Shown in pieces: positions 55,763-64,000 of a stretch of 64,000 bases of DNA. This stretch comes from a virus: positions 1 through 64,000 of the IMG/VR virus record IMGVR_UViG_3300035698_020096; one strand, given 5' to 3'. A program made the position numbers and the translations under genes. Under the pieces are notes generated by a model. The model did not search any database. It was not told where the DNA came from and worked only from the letters and a program-made list of their open reading frames with translations. Numbering within the stretch: the first letter of the stretch is position 1; every line of letters starts with the position of its first letter.

Positions 55763-58700
55763 ATGCTCAAAGATACTTGTGCCTCAAGCTTAGTGACTCT
55801 AAGTCAACTGAATATAAATACATTTAACTCTGAATACAAACTGGATATTACTGTAGGGCGAGAATATGGACCTCTTAAGTTAATATCAGGCCATGTTAAT
55901 ATACCCATTTATTTCTCCACTAACCAGGTATTTCATTCTAGTTGCTTTACAGTAGGTTGCTTTGATTCATCAGGTATATGGAGCACTAAGCCGGTTGATT
56001 ATAAAGAGGAGTTATCTAATTGTTTAATAGACGGATATGAAACCTGCTTTGAAGAGTATGAAGCTGTATGTTCTGTTCAAGTACCTTATAGCGAGAATGT
56101 GGTTTATGAGCCGGATGTATTCGATTTAGGTATATACCAACTACATAACGGGTATAGAACTGAATATAGGTCAGGGCTATGCTATGAAGCTCCCCTAATA
56201 GAAACTCCATTTCACCCTCTAGAAGAACTGTTTGATATAGATATATTTCCCACTACTTCCTCTATTTGTAATAAGTTTACTCTTAATAAAGACTATAACT
56301 TAAGTATTGCTACTTACACTGCGGATGTATTTGAGGAAGGAGTTTATACTAATTGTGATTATCATTTTGAAAGGGGTACAGAATTAGTAGTTTGTCTTAA
56401 TGGTCCTTACGAACCAGGGATATATGAGGATTGCACTTATAATAAAACCTTTCATGTTTCATCCTACAATCCATCAAAATGTCTAGATGAATGTGTTATA
56501 TCTCCTTTAGAACCAATAGCTGCTTATAGTTCTAGTTCCTCTGGGTTAACTTTAGACCAAGCGTACAACTGTGATGCTTCTTTTCCTTCCTCTAAAACTT
56601 ATCTAACAGCTGAAGGAAAGAATCTATTAATACTGGAAGATAACTGTATTAATTCCTATTGTCAAGAAGATGGGTTATATGAGAAGAGACGTTTCTACTA
56701 CGACCTAGATATGAAGCCTTATGTAGAAGAGGTGTTTGAGGAAGGTATATATGTTGATAAATGTCTGACTAGTTCTCATCAAATAGAAACAATATTTAAT
56801 CCTAACTTTTGCTGTTTGACTAGAGATGATCTATATCCATTAGCTTATCTATCTGCTCAATTAAATGAGTTTCTACAGGCCCATAATCTTACTCCTAATT
56901 CAGAGTATTACCCCTATACCACTACGGAAAGGAAAGAGATTATAGATTGTAGTTCTTGCTACACACCCCTAGTCAAATCTATAGAAGGAGTAGATAGATT
57001 AACTAGATTTAATGGATATCAAGAAGAAGTGTTCTTTAATGGGTTACCCACCCCTTTAGGGGCTCTAGTAGTAGATATAGGTTATATCTACCCAGGTACT
57101 TATGAATTTGTATTACTTAAGAAAGATGTGCCTATTAACAATGATGGTACTTTTTCAAGTGAAGTATTAGCCCCCAGTGGTATTAAAGCAGTAAGACTTA
57201 AAGCTATAACTCGTAACAGAGAAGTAGTATTAGGTATGAGCTTTGGAGATAATCCTCTTTCTCCACTTTTAATCAAAACGTATAGTGAGAATACTCCTTT
57301 ATCCTTTCCTACTAATCATGTAATTTTAGAAGACCTAGCTATTACCCTTACTCTTGTAAGTCTTTCAGGTTATAAGTCTACCCTAGATAATTGTCCTACT
57401 AATAATATAGGAATGTATTATCTAGAACCTTATATGAAAGCCCTGTTAGAAGATAATCTAACTAAACTTTCCACCCTTATAAATAGAGATATAAATAGCC
57501 CTATTTATAACGCAATACCATCTAAGTTATATCCTGATAGTACTTATGAATCCTTATATCAGCGGAAGCAATTAGACAAGTCTTGTTATGTAGAAGGGAT
57601 ATATAAAGCTGAATGTGCACTTATATATGATGACCCCACAATGATAGGGGATGATTTTCTATGTCTAACTGAATGCTTTTCTAAAGAAGAGGATATAACC
57701 CCTATTCTCCCACTAGATACAGATTTACGCTCTATTGCTTGGTTGATTATTTCTTATACCACATATCTAGATGTATTTCCTAAATCAGTTCTAGAGGAAG
57801 AATATGATACAGCCGCTACTAGATTAGGAGAATATCTAATGAGTAGATTAACCCCTTTCTTAATTGATGAAGGTAATGAGACCTCTCATACTTCTACTAA
57901 TATAATGGCTTGTTTAGCCTTTATTAAACTATATGAACTTACAGCTAGTCCTACTTATCTTAATAAAGCTGCTGATTTATATATAAGCATTAATGATTAT
58001 TTATATTCTTTTCTAGATAGATCCTTTATTCATGAAGCTTCCACTCAAGTATTCTCTACAGAGGCAACTATTTATGGTCTTATATTCTCTTTATGGACTA
58101 ATCAAGAAGATAAAGTAGAATCTCTACTTACACTCATGAAACTAAGAAGGAAATCTTTTAGAGATGTATATAGATTAGCTATTACTAATGAAGAAGGATT
58201 GATAACTGATTTAGAAGGAACCCCTATTCTTATTCATCAGACTGATAGCTATGAGTTAATAAAGGAAGGATACTTTGACCTTCTAATTCCCTTCTATACT
58301 GCACCTCAAGAGGCGGGTTACAGTCTAGCTGATACAGTTAGACTCATGATTCTATCGGATTATGTATTAAAAGCTACTGAAGCTAAAGGATTTAATATAG
58401 GCTTCTCTAATCATATAGATATATATCAAGAAGAAGTCAGAAGTAATCCTAAGTTACAAACATCTACTTGGTTCGCCTCATGCCTAACCGATATATTTAT
58501 TAATCATTCTCTTATTACTCCTTCAAGTCTTAAAGATTTACAGACTCTTATATTCAATAGAGAATATGTTACTGACCAATTGAAAAAGATGATTCCGACT
58601 GGATTCGGGTGGTTTCATAAGAATGCTCTAGGTAAACAATCTAATCTAGGTAGAATGCTAAGAAGTTTTTCCTATGGTCTCTCTAGTTTCTACCCTGCTC

Positions 58701-59428
58701 TCAATAGTATAGCTATGAGCTTTTCTCTTACAGGTAGTAAGCACTTCAACGTAGATAAATGGGAAAAAGAGCTAGAGATGTCTCGCTGGGATGGAGAATC
58801 TCTTTCTACTTATAAAGCTAGAGTTAGAGATTATCTATTAAATAAGACTATAGACAGAATAGGTATTCAAAACCTATTTAATTTATACGATATTGATTTA
58901 ATAAACATATCAGATATTACTCTTCAATCCTTTGATTCCTATACTCAACCCCAAAGTTCTTTTAACTCAGTAATTAGAGATAGTAATCTTCTAGTAGCCA
59001 GTGAAGTTAGAGATAACTTTATAGCTAATGTACCTACAGTATTTATTACTATTAATAAGCCCGTATTAGATGTAATAGGTAATGAAGTATCTAGATTAAC
59101 TCCTGTAGGAGTAATAGTTAAATTCATTGAAAAGGTAGATTATTTATCTTGCTCTAAACCTATTGATATAAATAGAAAAGTTTCTTCCCTAGAAATAGCT
59201 GTACCTTCCTCAGCTCCAGAAGTATTAGTAGAACCCTTATGCTGTGCGGAGGAAGCCTTATGCGGTCCTATTACATATAGAGTTAGACTACAGCACGTAT
59301 CTGATTCTCCCTTATATTTATATAAGGAAGGAGATTCTTTCTATGCATCTGAATCTAGCCAGATGGGAAATCCACTTACTATGATTCCATCTTATACAGC
59401 TAACAAATTATTTCTTTATAAACCATGA
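55763..59428 (+). CDS. large Cys-rich baseplate wedge protein (C-terminal gpI-like domain)
   Basis: C-terminal VDKWEKELEMSRWDGESLSTYKARV...LTPVGV; a central helical-barrel-like segment; repeated EGxY motifs. Confidence 0.65.
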   Translation: MLKDTCASSLVTLSQLNINTFNSEYKLDITVGREYGPLKLISGHVNIPIYFSTNQVFHSSCFTVGCFDSSGIWSTKPVDYKEELSNCLIDGYETCFEEYEAVCSVQVPYSENVVYEPDVFDLGIYQLHNGYRTEYRSGLCYEAPLIETPFHPLEELFDIDIFPTTSSICNKFTLNKDYNLSIATYTADVFEEGVYTNCDYHFERGTELVVCLNGPYEPGIYEDCTYNKTFHVSSYNPSKCLDECVISPLEPIAAYSSSSSGLTLDQAYNCDASFPSSKTYLTAEGKNLLILEDNCINSYCQEDGLYEKRRFYYDLDMKPYVEEVFEEGIYVDKCLTSSHQIETIFNPNFCCLTRDDLYPLAYLSAQLNEFLQAHNLTPNSEYYPYTTTERKEIIDCSSCYTPLVKSIEGVDRLTRFNGYQEEVFFNGLPTPLGALVVDIGYIYPGTYEFVLLKKDVPINNDGTFSSEVLAPSGIKAVRLKAITRNREVVLGMSFGDNPLSPLLIKTYSENTPLSFPTNHVILEDLAITLTLVSLSGYKSTLDNCPTNNIGMYYLEPYMKALLEDNLTKLSTLINRDINSPIYNAIPSKLYPDSTYESLYQRKQLDKSCYVEGIYKAECALIYDDPTMIGDDFLCLTECFSKEEDITPILPLDTDLRSIAWLIISYTTYLDVFPKSVLEEEYDTAATRLGEYLMSRLTPFLIDEGNETSHTSTNIMACLAFIKLYELTASPTYLNKAADLYISINDYLYSFLDRSFIHEASTQVFSTEATIYGLIFSLWTNQEDKVESLLTLMKLRRKSFRDVYRLAITNEEGLITDLEGTPILIHQTDSYELIKEGYFDLLIPFYTAPQEAGYSLADTVRLMILSDYVLKATEAKGFNIGFSNHIDIYQEEVRSNPKLQTSTWFASCLTDIFINHSLITPSSLKDLQTLIFNREYVTDQLKKMIPTGFGWFHKNALGKQSNLGRMLRSFSYGLSSFYPALNSIAMSFSLTGSKHFNVDKWEKELEMSRWDGESLSTYKARVRDYLLNKTIDRIGIQNLFNLYDIDLINISDITLQSFDSYTQPQSSFNSVIRDSNLLVASEVRDNFIANVPTVFITINKPVLDVIGNEVSRLTPVGVIVKFIEKVDYLSCSKPIDINRKVSSLEIAVPSSAPEVLVEPLCCAEEALCGPITYRVRLQHVSDSPLYLYKEGDSFYASESSQMGNPLTMIPSYTANKLFLYKP

Positions 59429-60540
59429 GTATTCCTAAACTACTAATAGTAGGAGCAGGACCTAGAGGTATAGGTCTTGCCCTTAGAGCTATTCATAGTG
59501 GAATAGAAACCACTATAGTAGACCCCTTCCCTTTAAAGACTTGGACTCCTCCTAATATGCTTATAGATATGAGTATGAGAAGTCCGATAGGATTTGATTT
59601 AGTTACCTTTTGTTCTGACCTTAAAGAATATAGTCTTAGTTATTATCTAGGTTCTTATAATGATATACAAGAACAGAAGGAAATAGAGGTTCAGCATCAA
59701 CCCATAAGTAGAGATATATTTGTTAAATACTTAAATCATATATGGGATTATGTGGGACCAAGAGTTAATTATATAGATAAACCTATTACTCAAATAGGGA
59801 AGGATTATGTAATAGCAGGGGATAGAAAGATAGTTACTGATAACATAGCTATTGCTCTAGGTTCTCCTTCTAAACTTAATGTTCCTAATTACGCTAGACC
59901 CTTTGTTTCCTCAGATAATTTATTAGGAACTAAAGAAATAATACTAAATAAACCACTGGGACTAACTATAGCCGTAATAGGTTCAGGTCAGAGTTCAGCT
60001 GAACATGTGGATTACTTAACTCCTGATAATAAGGTTATATGGGTAACCAATAAGGAAACTAAAGTACACCTCTACCCGGTTCCCCCTTATTCTATTTGGG
60101 GACCAAAGTCAGCTTTAGGAGATTATTTTAGTAGATTAAAGGAAAGTGATAAAAAGGCTGCTTTAAAATATATGAAAGAAGTAGCTGGGTGGACTCCTTC
60201 TATTACCCCCTCTATAGCTAAATCTCTTGAGGAGAAATCTCACTTAATCACTAAGGTAATGCCTCAAGATATAAATACCTATATATCAAAAGTAGATAAG
60301 GTTCTCCTATGTATTGGATTTAACACCTCTTTAGATAACATCCCCTTTTCTATTCCTATTACTAAGGAAATTGTTAAATCAGACTATCCTGAATTAAATA
60401 ACTTTAAGTCTCCTGAAGGTATATATTTTACTGGGGACCTAGCTAAGTTTTATGATGGACCTAGACAAGGTTCCCTTATTTCTATTGGAATTACATCTAA
60501 GACAATAGTAGAAGACATTCTATCAAATCATTATGGATAA
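59425..60540 (+). CDS. FAD/NAD(P)H-dependent monooxygenase, lysine/ornithine N-hydroxylase-like
   Basis: IVGAGPRG (FAD), W...ML...MRSP, IAVIGSGQSSAE (NADPH) and YFTGDLA. Confidence 0.8.
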   Translation: MSIPKLLIVGAGPRGIGLALRAIHSGIETTIVDPFPLKTWTPPNMLIDMSMRSPIGFDLVTFCSDLKEYSLSYYLGSYNDIQEQKEIEVQHQPISRDIFVKYLNHIWDYVGPRVNYIDKPITQIGKDYVIAGDRKIVTDNIAIALGSPSKLNVPNYARPFVSSDNLLGTKEIILNKPLGLTIAVIGSGQSSAEHVDYLTPDNKVIWVTNKETKVHLYPVPPYSIWGPKSALGDYFSRLKESDKKAALKYMKEVAGWTPSITPSIAKSLEEKSHLITKVMPQDINTYISKVDKVLLCIGFNTSLDNIPFSIPITKEIVKSDYPELNNFKSPEGIYFTGDLAKFYDGPRQGSLISIGITSKTIVEDILSNHYG

Positions 60541-61102
60541 ATATACTTTTGTAAGTTACGAAGCTGAAACTTATCAATCCAAACAGTATAGAGCTTTACT
60601 GTTAGCTAATCAAACCTTCTACTTAGGATTATCTAAAACTAGTCCTTGGGTTGACCCTGTTAATCAATTCATTAGCGATGAGAACCCCCCTAAACCTCCT
60701 ATGGCTAATCTCTATATCTTACCGGAGCTAGTGATTATGAAGAGAATTCAAGAGGTTAAGTTAGCTAGAGAGACCTCTTGTGGTGAACATATTCTGATGG
60801 GTAAGACTTGGAACTTATACGAACCTTTTAATATTCAGTTTCTAGAAGGTAAGCCAGTCCCAGACGTAACTCATTTATATCTTAAGATATTACTTAAACC
60901 TAACGATTTTACTACAGATGTAATAAGGGTTCTCTCATTACACAGTCATATATCTACTGTTAATAATTATCAGGAAGAAGTTATTCCTTCTAGTCTCATC
61001 AGTAGTCAAGGAATAATTCATTGGGTATCTTATTCCACTCCACTCAAGCGGAGAGACATCACTAACATATATTCAGAGATTCGTATCTTATTGGAGATTT
61101 AA
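60533..61102 (+). CDS. baseplate wedge subunit
   Basis: FYLGLSKTSPW...DENPPKP...KRI pattern of myovirus wedge proteins; precedes the DUF4815 gene. Confidence 0.6.
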   Translation: MDKYTFVSYEAETYQSKQYRALLLANQTFYLGLSKTSPWVDPVNQFISDENPPKPPMANLYILPELVIMKRIQEVKLARETSCGEHILMGKTWNLYEPFNIQFLEGKPVPDVTHLYLKILLKPNDFTTDVIRVLSLHSHISTVNNYQEEVIPSSLISSQGIIHWVSYSTPLKRRDITNIYSEIRILLEI

Positions 61103-61103
61103 T

Positions 61104-64000
61104 ATGGAGCTATATTCCTACAAAGATAATCCTTTATATAGGGATAGATACGAACGAAAGAAGAGATGGTTAAAGGTATTACCTCAACCTGGTAGACCTC
61201 TTCAAACTTCAGAGTTAATAGAAATTCAATCATTACTAGCTGACCATCAAAAGCAAGTATTAAACATCATCTATAAATCAGGGACTATACTCTCAGGTCT
61301 AGCTGTATTTATTAATGAAGTAAATGAAGATAATCTTCAAGTAACGGTCATTGAAGGTCAGTTGTATATAGAAGGTTTAGTAGTAGACATAGATACTTCT
61401 AATCAGATTATTCCTATTACGGGTAATCATTCCATTGGAGTTCTAGTTGAGGAGTTTATTATTGATGAAAACGACGACCCCTCTCTAAGGTCTGGCGGCA
61501 ATGCTTATGGCTTGGAAGGGTCAGCTAGATTAGTATGGGAAGCCTCTATCAGTATTAATAATCCTAATGCTATAGAAATAGCTACGGTCGAAGAAGGAGT
61601 AGTTATCCAACCCTATGCTAATAGACAAAGTAAGATTGAGGATCAATTAGTTACTTATCTAGCAGATAAAGATGGGTCTTTTGTAATAAGAGGCTTAACT
61701 GTTGAACATATAGATACTATTGTTCCTAATATTATTACTCCTTTAGCAAATACTAGAGACCAACAATTAGCTGTAAGGGAACAGACTGTTAATGATTTAC
61801 AAGCTTCTCTTATAGAAATGGAGGCCCGCATTGTCAGTCTTAGACAGAAGCTTACTAGAGATACCCAAGACTTAAATAATAATCCTAGTCCTACTAACCT
61901 AAGTAAAGTTCAAGCTACTATCGCTGAGATTGAATCTCTTACTACTAATCAAGAGTTAATTAAGGAACAACTAAATGCTGAGAAGTTGGGCTTAGCTGAA
62001 TTAACTCTTTCCACTCGCTCTAAGCTTAACCAACAGGTAACTGAGCATTTAAGCGTTACTCCAGGATTAGCTTATATATCAGGTCAGAGGGTGTCTTTAT
62101 CTATTAGCCGTACTATTAATATTCCTAAATCACTTGAAGAGAAATCAGTGGATGGGGTTAAGTTTACCTATAGGTCCTCTATAACTAGTTTTAATTCTTC
62201 ATTAATTCTAGGAGTACCTATAGTTCAAGATAGTAACATTACTCTTAACTTTAGAGGATTACCTATAGACAATATCTCCATAGTCTTCACCATTACTAAT
62301 AATGAAATATCAGTAGAGGACATATTACTTAAACTGATTAGTTTTCTTAATAACCCTGCTTCTTCTATAACCTCTTCCAATATATCTATTACTTCTATCC
62401 CCCTTTCTAGTAATTTACTCTCTCTCTTAAGTAATTACCTAGACTTCTCTATTGGAATAAATAATACTTTGATTATTAATCCAAAAGTAACTTTATCTAC
62501 AGAGGTTCAAGTTAATGTAGCTACTAGTAATAACTCTCTAATCTTCTGGGATGTAAGAACTGGTATAGTTAAGACATCTATAGTTAGTAATAATTATCAA
62601 CTAGATAATAAAGATATAACTAGTATTAATAACTTTATTGCTGACCTTAAGCAAACTAGTTGGCAGATGTCTAGGAATCCTAATACTGACATAGATTATT
62701 TAGGAGAGGATTCTATATTCAGAATTCTTAATGTTATCTCGGGCACCATAGTTTATAGAGAAGGGATTGATTATAGATTAGAAGGACAATCCTCTATTAT
62801 TTGGTTGAATAACTCAAGGCCAATAGGGGGTTCTACTTATTATGTAGATTATATATATACAGATGTACTTATAGAAGATACTGATTTTACCACTAATAAG
62901 TCAACAGGAGTAATTAGATTTACTGATAGAACCCCTGCCCCTGGCTATACCTTTAGTCTTAATTATAAGTATTCAATATCTAAAACTATTTATATCTACC
63001 TAGATAAGAATTCAAGTATTTCTTATAGTGATAATTTAATAAATGAGGAATCTTATTTACTATTAGCTACTGCTGTTCTATCAGCCCAATCTGTATTTAT
63101 TACTCAAGTAAATAATAGAGCTTTATCTCCTACTGAACTTTACTCTTTAAACCGAGATATTAAAGAGAATCTAGCTCTTTTGGCTCAGTTAGAATTAGAC
63201 CTTGATACATATCAGGATATAGCTGAAGAGAATATAGATAATCCAATAGGTAGTTTCTCTGATGCTTTAGATAATCTATCTCGTATTAATTTAGATGAAT
63301 CAACCTTTAGTATTGCTCCAGCTAGTCGTTCTATTACTCCTTTAATTAGAAGTAAAGCTTTTAAGGTCAAGTATATATCGGGAGGTGTACCTCATTATCC
63401 TTCTCAACCTTCTAACCATAGTTCTCCTAATTATGTAACCTTACCCTTTTCTACTACTGAATTAATAAGGCAAACCAGAGCTACTAGATATAGACCTATA
63501 AGTCCTACTCCTAGTTCAAACTATAGAGGGCGCATGTATTTAGATTCAGACTTTCATTCCTTTACTGAATCCAGATTATATCCAGGAGAAGTAATTACTA
63601 CTTCTATTTCATCTAATATAAGTAAGAGTTTGAAATATAATACTAGATTTATATACTGCCCTATATATGAAGCTTTAACTTATTCTCTTGTAGATAATTA
63701 CTATATAAGTGATAAAGAATTATCCACTCTTTCTACTGATAATAAGTTCCTAGGAAGTCTATCCTTCTTTATTAAAGTAGAAGGTTTAAAACCTAATGAA
63801 GATAATCTAAACTTATATCTTGATAATAAGAAGATAGATATTAGTTATATAGATTCTCTTAGTGGTACGGTTAAAGGAGTATTAGGATTAAGGTCTAGTG
63901 CTACTGGTTCTATTCAAGTGAAAGTACAGTTACTAGACCTAACCTGCGGGACTCACTTATTAGAGTTAAGAGGACTTAGTTCTTATTCCAGTTGTAGCTT
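61104..64000 (+). CDS. DUF4815-type baseplate/adsorption protein (runs off the window; absent from the ORF track)
   Basis: Starts MELYSYKDNPLYRDRYERKKRWLKVLPQPGRPLQTSELIEIQS and later reads VEGLKPNEDNL. The frame is still open at the window end (spot-checked, not every codon). Confidence 0.8.
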   Translation, partial: MELYSYKDNPLYRDRYERKKRWLKVLPQPGRPLQTSELIEIQSLLADHQKQVLNIIYKSGTILSGLAVFINEVNEDNLQVTVIEGQLYIEGLVVDIDTSNQIIPITGNHSIGVLVEEFIIDENDDPSLRSGGNAYGLEGSARLVWEASISINNPNAIEIATVEEGVVIQPYANRQSKIEDQLVTYLADKDGSFVIRGLTVEHIDTIVPNIITPLANTRDQQLAVREQTVNDLQASLIEMEARIVSLRQKLTRDTQDLNNNPSPTNLSKVQATIAEIESLTTNQELIKEQLNAEKLGLAELTLSTRSKLNQQVTEHLSVTPGLAYISGQRVSLSISRTINIPKSLEEKSVDGVKFTYRSSITSFNSSLILGVPIVQDSNITLNFRGLPIDNISIVFTITNNEISVEDILLKLISFLNNPASSITSSNISITSIPLSSNLLSLLSNYLDFSIGINNTLIINPKVTLSTEVQVNVATSNNSLIFWDVRTGIVKTSIVSNNYQLDNKDITSINNFIADLKQTSWQMSRNPNTDIDYLGEDSIFRILNVISGTIVYREGIDYRLEGQSSIIWLNNSRPIGGSTYYVDYIYTDVLIEDTDFTTNKSTGVIRFTDRTPAPGYTFSLNYKYSISKTIYIYLDKNSSISYSDNLINEESYLLLATAVLSAQSVFITQVNNRALSPTELYSLNRDIKENLALLAQLELDLDTYQDIAEENIDNPIGSFSDALDNLSRINLDESTFSIAPASRSITPLIRSKAFKVKYISGGVPHYPSQPSNHSSPNYVTLPFSTTELIRQTRATRYRPISPTPSSNYRGRMYLDSDFHSFTESRLYPGEVITTSISSNISKSLKYNTRFIYCPIYEALTYSLVDNYYISDKELSTLSTDNKFLGSLSFFIKVEGLKPNEDNLNLYLDNKKIDISYIDSLSGTVKGVLGLRSSATGSIQVKVQLLDLTCGTHLLELRGLSSYSSCS

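Noticed and set aside
29348-59127. Short overlapping ORFs (29348, 32662, 34885, 35128, 38336, 38960, 39176, 39564, 41260, 49444, 56016, 58945)
   Set aside because: All lie within or across well-supported structural genes in other frames or on the opposite strand, with no independent evidence.
1-64000. Stop-codon reassignment, tRNA/rRNA genes, introns or inteins
   Set aside because: Long ORFs tile the window under the standard code, with TAG, TGA and TAA all used as stops. I recognised no cloverleaf, intron core or intein splice motifs by eye.

Overview
A 64-kb, AT-rich segment of a large contractile-tailed (myovirus-type) phage genome. The host is probably a cyanobacterium: the C39 peptidase, amidase_2 and VanY domains follow the cyanobacterial versions of these families. 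From about 22.6 kb rightwards the + strand carries a morphogenesis region. It contains a frameshifting tail-chaperone-like gene, Mu-type portal, protease/scaffold, major capsid, sheath, tube, hub, spike, a dense block of peptidoglycan-acting enzymes, and baseplate genes, ending in a DUF4815-type gene that runs off the window. The left part has small accessory genes, a radical SAM-CYTH fusion split by a 10-bp duplication, a PAAR gene and a lysin/holin pair. The main find is a divergently transcribed 4,789-aa protein in which I find no cysteine. It carries two N-terminal phospholipase-D (HxK) nuclease-type domains, the ordered motifs of a single-chain two-barrel RNA polymerase (RSPP...DFDGD, a paired-Lys motif, LGxxxN and DxxK) and a hydrophobic C-terminus. 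It is most likely a virion-packaged, injected nuclease-RNA polymerase that may also act as the tape measure. No tRNA, rRNA or CRISPR array was seen. All family assignments come from reading motifs by eye; no database search was run.
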